DNA of 64,000 nt, taken from Desulfomonilia bacterium (lineage in GTDB: Bacteria; Desulfobacterota; Desulfomonilia; UBA1062). The notes below the pieces were generated by a model, which saw only the letters and a list, made by a program, of their open reading frames with translations, had not been told where the DNA came from and ran no database searches. A program made the translations under genes and the position numbers. Below, piece after piece: positions 20,445 through 33,548 of this stretch (its first letter is position 1; each line of letters opens with the position of its first letter). Location: the NCBI GenBank assembly GCA_050014195.1, contig JBEKDT010000008.1, positions 1 through 64,000 of the forward strand, in the 5' to 3' direction.

Positions 20445-22319
20445 ATGAAGAGGGTGGTCATCGGCACGGCAGGGCATGTGGACCATGGCAAGACATCGCT
20501 CATCAAGGCGCTCACGGGCATAGACTGCGACCGGCTCAAGGAAGAAAAGGAGCGGGGGCTCACCATTGAGCTTGGGTTTGCCTCGCTGATTTTGCCGTCA
20601 GGGGAACGTATAGGTGTGGTGGACGTACCGGGGCATGTACGATTCATCAGGCACATGCTTTCAGGCGCTTCGGGCATTGATCTGGTGCTGCTGGTGATTG
20701 CCGCCGATGAGGGGGTGATGCCCCAGACAAGGGAGCACGTACAGATCTGTGAATTGCTCGGTATCGAGCGGGGAGTTGTGGCGCTGACCAAGAAGGATCT
20801 CGTGGATAGCGACCTGCTGGAGCTGGCCGCCTCTGATGTGCGGGACTTTATCCAGGGGACCTTTCTTAAGGATGCCCGCATTATCCCGGTGAGCTCCACT
20901 ACGGGCGATGGGCTTGATGCGCTCACCTCGGAGCTCGTTATACAGGTTAAGCTGGTGCAAGAGAGGCAGGCGACCGGGATACCGGTGCTGCCCGTGGACC
21001 GTGTCTTCACCATCAAAGGATTCGGCACGGTTGTGACGGGAACCCTTGTCCGCGGCACTTTTTCTCCTGACCAGGAGGTTGAGGTCCTACCGAGCGGCAA
21101 GGCTGCCAAGATCCGCACTATTCAGGTCCATGATGAAGACGTTGATGCGGCGTTAGCCGGCATGCGCACGGCAATCAATCTCCACGGTGTGGGCACAGAA
21201 GAGATAGCCCGGGGTGAATGGGTGGTTCCGGCAGGGGTTTTTGATACGACGAAGCTGCTTGATGCAAGGCTCAACTTATTACGAAAGCCGGGCAGGGGGG
21301 GAATCAGGCTCTATATCGGGACTGCAGAGGTCATGGGGGATGTGAGCCTGCATAAAGTTGACGGGCAGGATATTGGAAGGATAAGGGTAAAAAAGGGCGT
21401 TGTTGCTTCTTATGGCGACAGGTTTATCATACGGTCCGTCTCCCCTTCGGCTACCATCGGCGGCGGTATGGTCCTCAACCCCCATCCTGCCCGCAGGTTT
21501 TCCGAAGAGGTGATCCGCGATCTCCTGGGCCCTGACCCTGCCACGCGCATCATCGGTATCGCCAAGGACGCCGGGATGCACGGCATTTCACGAAGGGTCA
21601 TTGAGGCGGTGTTCCCACAGGCGGCCTTAAGGTTGGATAGGCTTATCGTAGGCCTTCTTTCATCGGGAGACCTTATTAAATTCGATACGGTAAATGAACT
21701 TTTTGTGCATACTGTATATCATGACAAGCTCAGAGGGATCATTGTTTCCCGCGTTCAGGAATATCATATGGCGAATCCTTCATCACCCGGTATATCCCGT
21801 GAGCATTTAAGGATGTCTGTGCAGGGGGGCGTGGAACAGAAGCTGTTCCATAAAGTTCTTCAGGATCTTGTTAAGAAAGGCGAAATTGTTGAGTCGGGGC
21901 CCAACATCACGGCCCCGGGTTTCAGTGCGACCATGGCGGCCGATCGTACGGTCCTTGGCGAGAGGATAGCCGAGATCCTCGATCGCCAAGGGTTTGAACC
22001 GCCGAAGGTCTCCGAGCTTGCCGAAATGCTCCGCATCCCTATCAAAGATGTCATTGAAATCCTCGGCTTTCTCAGCCATGACGGCAAGGTAACCAGGATC
22101 AAAGACGATATTTACCTTTCCATACGGAATGAGGAGATGCTCAAAGAGCGCGTAAAGGAATTCATCATCAAGAACCAGTCAATGGCTCCTGTAGATATGA
22201 AGACCGTCATAGGCGCATCAAGAAAGTATGCCATTCCCTATCTTGAGTATCTCGACCGTATCCGTTTTACCTTGCGCGTCGGTGATGTCCGCAAGCTTGC
22301 AGCTGCCAGGCCGTCATGA
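20445..22319 (+). CDS. selB: Selenocysteine-specific elongation factor SelB
   Basis: GTAGHVDHGKT, EEKERGLTIELGFA, DVPGH and C-terminal winged helix SRKYAIPYLEYLD. Confidence 0.97.
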   Translation: MKRVVIGTAGHVDHGKTSLIKALTGIDCDRLKEEKERGLTIELGFASLILPSGERIGVVDVPGHVRFIRHMLSGASGIDLVLLVIAADEGVMPQTREHVQICELLGIERGVVALTKKDLVDSDLLELAASDVRDFIQGTFLKDARIIPVSSTTGDGLDALTSELVIQVKLVQERQATGIPVLPVDRVFTIKGFGTVVTGTLVRGTFSPDQEVEVLPSGKAAKIRTIQVHDEDVDAALAGMRTAINLHGVGTEEIARGEWVVPAGVFDTTKLLDARLNLLRKPGRGGIRLYIGTAEVMGDVSLHKVDGQDIGRIRVKKGVVASYGDRFIIRSVSPSATIGGGMVLNPHPARRFSEEVIRDLLGPDPATRIIGIAKDAGMHGISRRVIEAVFPQAALRLDRLIVGLLSSGDLIKFDTVNELFVHTVYHDKLRGIIVSRVQEYHMANPSSPGISREHLRMSVQGGVEQKLFHKVLQDLVKKGEIVESGPNITAPGFSATMAADRTVLGERIAEILDRQGFEPPKVSELAEMLRIPIKDVIEILGFLSHDGKVTRIKDDIYLSIRNEEMLKERVKEFIIKNQSMAPVDMKTVIGASRKYAIPYLEYLDRIRFTLRVGDVRKLAAARPS

Positions 22320-22460
22320 TCAATTGGGCTTTCGCGGTATCATCTTGCGGATCAGTTTGGCCCTGTCTTTGAGTTTGAGCTTCCAGTAGAGCGGGCTCAG
22401 AATAAGGGTTTTGATGAGTTCCCTTTTATTTATATGTTGATCTTTATTTTCATTTTGCAT
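22320..22460 (-). CDS. Small basic protein, 46 aa (not in ORF track)
   Basis: MQNENKDQHINKRELIKTLILSPLYWKLKLKDRAKLIRKMIPRKPN; sigma-54-like motif immediately upstream. Confidence 0.5.
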   Translation of the reverse strand: MQNENKDQHINKRELIKTLILSPLYWKLKLKDRAKLIRKMIPRKPN

Positions 22461-22471
22461 GAAATATTTAC

Positions 22472-22487
22472 TGCTTAAATCATGCCA
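22472..22487 (-). promoter_or_regulatory. Sigma-54-like -24/-12 promoter
   Basis: TGGCATG-ATTT-AAGCA with correct GG-N10-GC spacing; IHF-like TTCAATAAGTTA about 20-30 bp upstream. Confidence 0.5.
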
Positions 22488-22794
22488 TGGAAATAAATAA
22501 CATAATCTTTCAATAAGTTATACAAGATGGGGATGGGATTTAATCCGGAAGAGTAAAAAAATGATGGTTTTTATGACACGCTCTGTGTCTCCATCACAAC
22601 CGTTTATTACCATCAATTGTACTCCAGGAGCCTATTTAAGCCATTATACCTATTCCAGGCCAAGGCCCCTTTGGGAATAATCAAAAAATTGACGGTATAT
22701 CTCCAGGGTTACGAGCGTCGTTGTTTATGCACGGGAAGAAGAGATTGAAGATGCTTATGTATTATCAAAGGAATACAGATCATGCCGAGAGGTA

Positions 22795-23493
22795 TCACTT
22801 CGGGGCGGGCACCGAGGAGGTGCATGCCTTTGATATCAGGATGTCGATGTCTTCACCAAGATCTGTATCGGCATATTGCTGCTTCACGGACTGAAAACGG
22901 TTGCATGCCGCCTTTTTGTTGCCTTTTTTCAGATAGAATTTGCCGATGTACAGGTAGTGCTTGGCAAGAACTGTCCTTGCCTCTTTCAGACCGTTAGTTG
23001 CATCTTTTCCATAGGGGGAATCCGGATAGCTCTTCATGAATCCCTCAAAACTCTGTATGGCCTTCGTGGTCTCCGTCTGATCCCGGTCAAAGGTGCTCAT
23101 CTGTTTATAATGACACATTCCGATCCTAAAGAGGCAATAACCTGCATCTAAATCCGTAGGGTAAAGAAGCCTGAACTCCTCGTAGTTCTTCAGGGCCAAT
23201 TCATAGTCCTCATGATCATAGTAGAGGTTTCCGGTCTCTAAAATCGATTTTCGTGCAAGCTCATGGCCCGGGTAATAAGTCCGAACTTGCATAAAGGCAT
23301 CTGCAGCCTTCTCCACCTTTCCCTTCTTGGCGAGAGCAGCGGCTTCATCGTAGAGTTCTTGAGCGGGCTTGATTTTTTTTTCAGCCTCGTGGGCACAACT
23401 GCTGATGATAGCTATGATCACCATGGATACAATGATGAAGGGTACCTTTTTCATGCGCTGAAGCACCTTAAGACAAATCGCACATGGAATCAA
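22795..23493 (-). CDS. bamD: Outer membrane protein assembly factor BamD
   Basis: Lipobox ISS-C; TPR helices; EEFRLLYP, DRDQTET..F..F...YPDSPY, LA.H.LYIGKFY; start may be 23454. Confidence 0.9.
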   Translation of the reverse strand: MIPCAICLKVLQRMKKVPFIIVSMVIIAIISSCAHEAEKKIKPAQELYDEAAALAKKGKVEKAADAFMQVRTYYPGHELARKSILETGNLYYDHEDYELALKNYEEFRLLYPTDLDAGYCLFRIGMCHYKQMSTFDRDQTETTKAIQSFEGFMKSYPDSPYGKDATNGLKEARTVLAKHYLYIGKFYLKKGNKKAACNRFQSVKQQYADTDLGEDIDILISKACTSSVPAPK

Positions 23494-24671
23494 GGATGGA
23501 TTTCATAGATGGCGCCATCCTTAATAGTGAGGAGATAGATTGATTTCTCTAATGTTCCATCTGAGGAGAAGGACGTGATGCCGCTTACCCCGTGGTAATT
23601 TTTCAGATTTGCGAGGTATTCTTGCAAGGCCTCGCGGGATGGCTGCTTCGACTGAAAAAATTTCTGGAGGATAGTGGCAGAATCATAGGCGCTCGCCTCC
23701 CATACCGAAGGGGGATACTTGAATGTATGAGAAAAGGTGTGGTTGAATTCTTGTACAGTCGAAAGGATGCTGCCCTGATAGTATCCGCTTAAATATATCG
23801 CATTCTCCACATACCTGCCTCCTGCTTTGAGAAAATCAGGGGTGTCCCATAAGATGGGTCCGAAGAGACGGATATCCTTGATCTTCATTAAGCTGATATA
23901 TGAGGCGACCATGGCGGCGTTCGCCGAGGTATCGGGGATGAGGAGTGCTTCGAAATCAATTGATTTGACCGTGGAAGAGGTCTTTTTCCCTGTGCCTGAA
24001 AACAGGGAGCCCACCTGCTGTTTGAAGTCCACGTTCTGAGGAGAATATACGGTTGTTCTCACGACATTAACGCCATATGCAGGGGCCAGACGCTGAAACT
24101 TTTCGGAGAATGTCTTTCCGAAACGATCATTCGGGCTCATGACCGCAAACTTGGTGATGCCCATGGACCGCGCTGCATTCAGGAGCGACTTTACCTGAAT
24201 GTCTATGGTGATGAAGTTTCTGAAACAGTAGGTTCCATCTTGGGGGGGGAGCTCGGCCTGGGGAAAGATGAAGGCGGGAATATGCCGTGTCTGCAGTTCC
24301 TTGCAAGCGATCTCACTCGTGCGTTCTCCAACCCCTACCAGGCCGATGATGGCTGTTACCTTGTAGTTTTCGTCAAGGTCTTTGATTATGGATGGTATGG
24401 AGTCCTCATTGTTCCCGTAATCTCTGATTATATACTCTACATTCGGCGTAGGGCCCGGAGTGAAGACACCCCCTGCCATCTCGATTGCCCTGAGGATTCT
24501 CTGGCTGACGGATTCCCATTTTCCGCTCAAGGGGAGGACCAACCCCACGGTATTTCTTGTGGCAGATCCAATGTCGTTGTTCATTGATGCTCTCAGGGCT
24601 ACTGGGTAGCCGGAAAGTATAGTGTAAGCAACAGCCAGGATGAGTAAGGTTCTTAGGAATCGTCTTTTCAT
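23490..24671 (-). CDS. Penicillin-binding protein activator LpoA-like / periplasmic binding fold protein
   Basis: VGLVLPLSG, AIIG, DFEALLIPD, EASAYDSA and GVSGITSF pattern. Confidence 0.75.
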   Translation of the reverse strand: MKRRFLRTLLILAVAYTILSGYPVALRASMNNDIGSATRNTVGLVLPLSGKWESVSQRILRAIEMAGGVFTPGPTPNVEYIIRDYGNNEDSIPSIIKDLDENYKVTAIIGLVGVGERTSEIACKELQTRHIPAFIFPQAELPPQDGTYCFRNFITIDIQVKSLLNAARSMGITKFAVMSPNDRFGKTFSEKFQRLAPAYGVNVVRTTVYSPQNVDFKQQVGSLFSGTGKKTSSTVKSIDFEALLIPDTSANAAMVASYISLMKIKDIRLFGPILWDTPDFLKAGGRYVENAIYLSGYYQGSILSTVQEFNHTFSHTFKYPPSVWEASAYDSATILQKFFQSKQPSREALQEYLANLKNYHGVSGITSFSSDGTLEKSIYLLTIKDGAIYEIHP

Positions 24672-24825
24672 CACACGAGCGAATACTATATGAAGACCTT
24701 CCGCCAAGTCAATGAGATGGAAGCTTAATTTTCATCAAGTGCTGCAGGCAACATATTTTGCTTGACAACTTCTCCGGCATCCACTGAGTATAGGTTTCCA
24801 AAAAAGTAAATCAAAGGAGAAACCA

Positions 24826-25110
24826 GTGGCCGAACTTGGGACACGGTATAAATGCTATAAGTGCGGTACGAAATTTTATGACTTGGGCAAGCCTCAGCCC
24901 ATATGCCCCTCCTGCAGTGAAGATCAGAATAATGAAGAGACAAAGCGTATGCTTAAGCGAAAGAGGAAGCGTTCGCTGGCCAAGGTGAAGACCGAAATCA
25001 GGGCGTTGCCGGAAGAGAACGAAATCCCTGTGGAAACAGATGAAAACGTGGAAGAGTATGTTCTCGATATGGAGGACATCGTCCTGGAGGAAACTTCGGA
25101 TACGAAATAA
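24826..25110 (+). CDS. FYDLN acid domain (TIGR02300-like) zinc-ribbon protein
   Basis: ELGTRYKCYKCGTKFYDLGKPQPICPSC plus acidic tail. Confidence 0.88.
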   Translation: MAELGTRYKCYKCGTKFYDLGKPQPICPSCSEDQNNEETKRMLKRKRKRSLAKVKTEIRALPEENEIPVETDENVEEYVLDMEDIVLEETSDTK

Positions 25111-25192
25111 TCAGATCAGAAACAGAGGGGATTCGTTGTTACCCCGCCCTTTTTTTGATACTATCGAATCTTGAATCGGATATCGAATAGGG

Positions 25193-25729
25193 TCAACCCC
25201 CTGTCTTTTCCTGCTTCTGCAGCTCTTTTGTCACCTTTTGTGCGGTTTTCTGGATATATGGCTGCATCTGTTCAGGAATGAACCCTTTGATGAGACCCGC
25301 TGTCTTTTTCGTATAGGGCAGGACTTTCGAATTCACGAGGATAGCGGAATTTTGGGGCAATATCACTTGCAGTATGGTCATGACTAAAAGAGCAATGAGA
25401 AACCCCTTCACAAAACCAAGTGCTCCACCCATGGCTGTGTCAACCGCAGCCAATACAGAAGCATTCAGGATCTTCTGAAGTATATGCATGAAGATCTTTA
25501 TAATAATAAAGAAGAAAAAAAAGACCACAATGAAGCCCAGGACACCTCGAACATCTTCCACGTGCAGAATTGATAAGAAATGAGTAATATTCGGTGAGAA
25601 TTTCTTTGCGAGGTAGAGCCCCCCGATGATGGATATGAGGGATGAGACACCTTTTATCAGGCCGTGGTAGACGCCCAGTCCGGTGAAGGCTATTATGACG
25701 GTGATCGTGAAGATATCGAGTGCGTTCAC
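25193..25729 (-). CDS. cvpA: CvpA family protein
   Basis: NALDIF..GVYHGLIKG..VDTAMGGALGFVKG..SKVLP; GTG start overlaps the upstream stop. Confidence 0.85.
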   Translation of the reverse strand: MNALDIFTITVIIAFTGLGVYHGLIKGVSSLISIIGGLYLAKKFSPNITHFLSILHVEDVRGVLGFIVVFFFFFIIIKIFMHILQKILNASVLAAVDTAMGGALGFVKGFLIALLVMTILQVILPQNSAILVNSKVLPYTKKTAGLIKGFIPEQMQPYIQKTAQKVTKELQKQEKTGG

Positions 25730-26136
25730 TGTTTGGCCTTTATTAATTCGATCCACACCACATCTTTCATGGATATCTGGTACATCCCGTAAGGCAACTT
25801 GCCATATACCTTCAAGATGCCGTTTGTCTTGAGATTGCACATGCTGCCTGACCCCTTCAGAGATACGCAGATAGAGCCTTCCTTCATCTCTATGCGGGAG
25901 ATTGTATCAAAAGGTATCTCAACCCGGCCTTTTCCCATGTATACATTGAATGTGGTCTTGCCGTCGAATGTTACCGATGCGATGCTCACCTCATTGTTTG
26001 ATGTGTCCTTGATCTTCGCATTAAAGGGGGACTCGACAGGACCTTGGCCGGGATTCCCTGCACTGCCCATCCCCATGAGAAAGACACCCAGCATCAGAAA
26101 AAATACTACACGGAAAAGATGCCCCTTTTTTTTCAT
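25726..26136 (-). CDS. Hypothetical exported protein
   Basis: N-terminal hydrophobic LMGMG motif; translationally coupled to both neighbours. Confidence 0.65.
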   Translation of the reverse strand: MKKKGHLFRVVFFLMLGVFLMGMGSAGNPGQGPVESPFNAKIKDTSNNEVSIASVTFDGKTTFNVYMGKGRVEIPFDTISRIEMKEGSICVSLKGSGSMCNLKTNGILKVYGKLPYGMYQISMKDVVWIELIKAKQ

Positions 26137-26354
26137 AGCTCTATAACCTCCTTCACAACCCCTTCTGTTTTAAGTGCCTGGATGAGATCGAACATCACCT
26201 CCCTGCCGCCTGCGGAGTAAGTTATGGTGAGAAGACCCTGAACAGGGTCCTTGGTGCTTACAATACCCAGGCCGTCGTAGCCCTGGACGACATAGTTCAC
26301 ATAAAAGATGTCCTTCTGGTCGACCTTGAGGGAGACTGCCTGGAAATCCTCCAT
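26133..26354 (-). CDS. DUF4911-like small protein
   Basis: LKVDQKDIFYVNYVVQGYDGLGIVSTKDP pattern. Confidence 0.75.
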   Translation of the reverse strand: MEDFQAVSLKVDQKDIFYVNYVVQGYDGLGIVSTKDPVQGLLTITYSAGGREVMFDLIQALKTEGVVKEVIEL

Positions 26355-26635
26355 GATTTTTTTTGATACCATAAGAGATACGCTGCTGCAAGCATAGTGC
26401 AAGATATCTTAAGTAAAAGCTTGTGTGGCAGGGCTTTATTGAATACATTCTGGAATCAGAATGGGATTAATCTTCTCTATGCATGCATATTAAGTCGCGC
26501 CAACGGATGATTTCGAAATGGTGCAAATCGGATTATCAACAGGAGTATAATGATTTCAGGTTTCTCTGTGTCATTTTGAGGCCATTCAAAATGGTTGTGG
26601 TTCTTGAGAGATGTCCGGGTGGTTCAATAAAATCC

Positions 26636-26934
26636 TTGACATCATCGAGTTTGAAATGATAGGGAAAATTGATCTGAATGAGTGAACAGCCATTCAGTCA
26701 AAGGCCGTGCAGGGCATGTTGACGGGGGCCGGGTGGGTAGCTGATGTTCATGATATTCCCATACGGTTGAGATCTTCGGTGCTGGGATCGTAAAAGTGCC
26801 AAAAAGTGATCTTCGGTATGTCTGCCGGTCGGCTTTGGCAGATAAAGGGCAGTAGATATCTTGGGCAAAGGTGGAGAAGGTCGGCTCATGGCACGGGTGC
26901 TTTCTGAAGCGACCAACGTCTAAGGAGGCAGGTT
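26636..26934 (+). promoter_or_regulatory. atp operon promoter (TTGACA at 26636) and long structured 5' leader; candidate riboswitch
   Basis: Perfect -35 box, then about 265 nt without a credible ORF containing several stems (TCCCA/TGGGA, TCTGCC/GGCAGA). Confidence 0.5.
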
Positions 26935-27363
26935 TTGATAGAAATTAATTTTACCCTTATTATCCAGATGATCAATTTCTTTCTTCTTATATTCATCCTC
27001 AACAAGATCCTCTACAAGCCTATCCTGAAGATCTTGGAAGAGAGAGAGCAGAGGATCGAAGGCCAGCAGCAGCAGGCCAAGAAGATCATCGAAGACGGCC
27101 AGGTGATCTTGACTGATTACAATAAGAAGCTCTATGATGCCAAGATTGATGCCATGAACACAAAAAATGCCGCACGGAACGAGGCATCCGAACAGGCCAA
27201 TGGTATTATCGAAGATTCCCGCAAGAAGTCCGAAGAAATCATTACTCGGATGCAGCAGGAGATGGCCTCTGAGTTGACTCAGGCGAAAAAGGAGCTCGAT
27301 CCGGAGCTGAGTGTCATGGCTGCAACGATAGCCCAGCAGATCTTGGGGAGGAAGGTGGCATGA
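26935..27363 (+). CDS. ATP synthase F0 subunit b'
   Basis: TLIIQMINF..LNKILYKPI...LEERE..I; N-terminal TM plus coiled coil; first gene of the operon. Confidence 0.9.
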   Translation: MIEINFTLIIQMINFFLLIFILNKILYKPILKILEEREQRIEGQQQQAKKIIEDGQVILTDYNKKLYDAKIDAMNTKNAARNEASEQANGIIEDSRKKSEEIITRMQQEMASELTQAKKELDPELSVMAATIAQQILGRKVA

Positions 27364-27935
27364 AAGAGCGGATCAGAAAAATTCTGCCCCTTGTAATCAC
27401 CCTTGTGTTTGTCGCCTTCTCTTTTGCACTCGCCGCCGAGGGGGGTGGTGAAGAAGGCCATAAAGCAATCTGGACAATGGTATGGCGCATCGTCAATTTT
27501 GTTATCCTGATGGCGCTGTTGTGGAAACTCCTTGCGGACAAGATAAAAACATATTTCATAGACCGTAAAGATGAAATCGCCCAGATGATCGAAGAGGCAG
27601 ACAAGGCCAAGACCGATGCCGAGGTCCAGTTTGCAGATATCCAGCAGAAGCTCAAGAACGTTGAAAAAGACATCAAGGATATCAAAGGCGCCATTATGGG
27701 CGAACTGGAGAGTGAAAAGGCCCGCATCATCGAGGAAGGAAAGGTATCGGCGGAGCGTATAATCCAGCAGGCCAAGTGGACCGCTGACCAGGAAGTGGTC
27801 AAGGCCAAGAAAGATCTTAAGGAGCACGTGGTGGAAATGGCTGGAGACATGGCTTCGGGAATGATCACAAACAGCATGACCCCGGATGACCAGAAGCGTA
27901 TCCTTGAAGAATATTTAAATAAGGTAGTGAGGTAA
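27360..27935 (+). CDS. atpF: ATP synthase F0 subunit b
   Basis: WRIVNFVIL..R.DEI coiled coil; position before delta. Confidence 0.9.
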   Translation: MKERIRKILPLVITLVFVAFSFALAAEGGGEEGHKAIWTMVWRIVNFVILMALLWKLLADKIKTYFIDRKDEIAQMIEEADKAKTDAEVQFADIQQKLKNVEKDIKDIKGAIMGELESEKARIIEEGKVSAERIIQQAKWTADQEVVKAKKDLKEHVVEMAGDMASGMITNSMTPDDQKRILEEYLNKVVR

Positions 27936-27937
27936 CC

Positions 27938-28483
27938 TTGAAAGACGACATCGTAGCAAAACGATATGCGAGGGCGCTGTACGACCTGGGCAAGGAAGAG
28001 GGATTGCAGGAAAAGTTCCTTGGGGATCTCGAAGCCATAGTAACCATCCTTGAGGGGAGTGATGAGTTCAGGGACATCATGGAGAGCCCCCTGTACGACA
28101 TCCTCCTCAAGAGAAGGATAATGGGCGAGCTCATCAAGCAGATCAAGCTGACCAAGTACACGGAAAACTTCCTCGGCATCCTCCTCGACAAGGACAGGTT
28201 CGTGTGCCTGAATTCCATCCTGGATTCCTATCGTCAGACCATCGACGAGGCCTCGGGAAGGGTCAGGGCCACCGTGACCAGTGCTATGGAGCTTGATAAG
28301 ACCCAGCTCGAACGCATCGCCGGTACGCTTAAGCAGATCGTGAAGAAGGAAGTGGATCTTGACGTCACAATAGACCCTACGCTCATCGGCGGCCTCATCG
28401 CCGAGCTGGAGGGTATGATATACGACGGCAGCGTCAGGACGCAGATTGTGAGATTAAAACAGAGTCTAAAAGGGGAGATATAG
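27938..28483 (+). CDS. atpH: ATP synthase F1 delta
   Basis: VAKRYARALY, DPTLIGG, YDGSVRTQ. Confidence 0.95.
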   Translation: MKDDIVAKRYARALYDLGKEEGLQEKFLGDLEAIVTILEGSDEFRDIMESPLYDILLKRRIMGELIKQIKLTKYTENFLGILLDKDRFVCLNSILDSYRQTIDEASGRVRATVTSAMELDKTQLERIAGTLKQIVKKEVDLDVTIDPTLIGGLIAELEGMIYDGSVRTQIVRLKQSLKGEI

Positions 28484-29995
<1,512 letters not shown>

Positions 29996-30007
29996 TAGGG
30001 AGAGGAA

Positions 30008-32312
<2,305 letters not shown>

Positions 32313-32324
32313 GGGAGAATATTC

Positions 32325-32747
32325 ATGGCTGAAGAATATATGCAGCTTGACGTGGTCACGCCTGAAAAGGCGGTGCTCAGCCGCAAGGCCACCGAGGTAG
32401 TCGCGCCGGGCAGCCAGGGTGAATTCGGCGTACTCATCGGACACACCCCGTTCCTCACCACGCTAAAGCCCGGCCAGATCATCGTCAAGACCGAAGACCG
32501 GGATATATACCTCGCAGTAGGTGGGGGTTTTGCCGAGGTCATTGCCAACAGGGTGATCATCCTTGCAGAAACGGCCGACATGGCCGAAGACATAGATGCC
32601 TCTGAGGCGAAGGCGGAGATAGACCAGGCCCACGAGAAGCTGCGCGAGTTCAGCAAGGATGACCCGGAGTATACCAGATGGGAATCCAGGCTGATTAGGG
32701 CCGAGGTCAAACTTCGGGTATTGGAAAACTGGGAGAAATCAAAGTAA
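32325..32747 (+). CDS. atpC: ATP synthase F1 epsilon
   Basis: LDVVTPE, GEFGVLIGHTP, GGFAEV. Confidence 0.97.
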   Translation: MAEEYMQLDVVTPEKAVLSRKATEVVAPGSQGEFGVLIGHTPFLTTLKPGQIIVKTEDRDIYLAVGGGFAEVIANRVIILAETADMAEDIDASEAKAEIDQAHEKLREFSKDDPEYTRWESRLIRAEVKLRVLENWEKSK

Positions 32748-32773
32748 CGAGTGTATCACGCTTTGTGTGCTGC

Positions 32774-32800
32774 AAGAGGGGCCTTGTCCGGCCCCTCTTT
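32774..32800 (+). terminator. atp operon terminator
   Basis: AAGAGGGGCC/GGCCCCTCTT stem followed by T. Confidence 0.75.
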
Positions 32801-32840
32801 GATTATCATGGCATTCAAGTCCTTTTCGCCCCTTTGGGGA

Positions 32841-33003
32841 AGTGACTAGGGGACATACCTATCCCTCACCCTTCGGGCGAACGTGGAGTACATCCAATTC
32901 GTCTATCCTGACGGATTGTGACTCGGGACATCCATGTCCCTCGCCCTTCGGGTGAACGTGAAGTACATCCAATTCGTCTATCCTGACGAATTGTGGGACT
33001 TCG
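32841..33003 (+). repeat. Tandem 76-bp palindromic repeat (2 units); a third copy lies at 20180-20266
   Basis: Units begin GTGACT at 32842 and 32918 and share CCCTTCGGG and AATTCGTCTATCCTGACG(A/G)ATT. Confidence 0.85.
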
Positions 33004-33036
33004 CTGAAGGTCTCAGGGCCCTGGCATCAAGCCGTA

Positions 33037-33065
33037 TTGACTCTTTGGGAGAATCCCTCTATAAG
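33037..33065 (+). promoter_or_regulatory. Sigma-70-type promoter of tRNA-Arg
   Basis: TTGACT-N17-TATAAG about 20 nt upstream of the tRNA. Confidence 0.7.
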
Positions 33066-33086
33066 CGTAAAAGTTTATAACCGTGT

Positions 33087-33163
33087 GCGCCCATAGCCCA
33101 GATGGATAGAGCGTTGGACTACGAATCCAAAGGTCGCAGGTTCGAATCCTGCTGGGCGCACCA
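33087..33163 (+). tRNA. tRNA-Arg(ACG)
   Basis: GCGCCCA/TGGGCGC acceptor stem, TTGGA-CTACGAA-TCCAA anticodon arm, GCAGGTTCGAATCCTGC T-arm, CCA. Confidence 0.96.
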
Positions 33164-33497
33164 ACCCTAGAGCCATTCTACTTAAATCTAAGGAAGCCTA
33201 AATATCAAATGGGTAACACATGGGTAACACCAGAAAGAAAACTGAAGTCTTTTCATTGGAGCCTGACTGCCCCTTTTATCATCGATCTAGTGATTGATCA
33301 GTGGATTGTTCGCGCGTGGGAGTGACCCCCCGGGGGTAGACCGCCATAGGGGAGGTATGCTTGTACTGGGTCCCATATCTGCCCGCTGCACACGAGAGGT
33401 GCAAAACGGGCTATGCTATACTTATAATTTCCAGATAAGTTCTTGAACTCTGTATGCCTATAAAACCAATAATGCTTCCTATTGACTTTGTCGATGA

Positions 33498-33520
33498 GTG
33501 TTGTAATAAATATACAACAC
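33498..33520. promoter_or_regulatory. Palindromic operator overlapping the XRE gene promoter
   Basis: GTGTTGTA-N7-TACAACAC, downstream of TTGACT at 33482. Confidence 0.65.
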
Positions 33521-33548
33521 CACTTAATTGTGGGTTGTGGGGGGGACT

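Noticed and set aside
32841-33003. Possible CRISPR array
   Set aside because: Only two 76-bp units, no unique spacers, no cas genes in the window.
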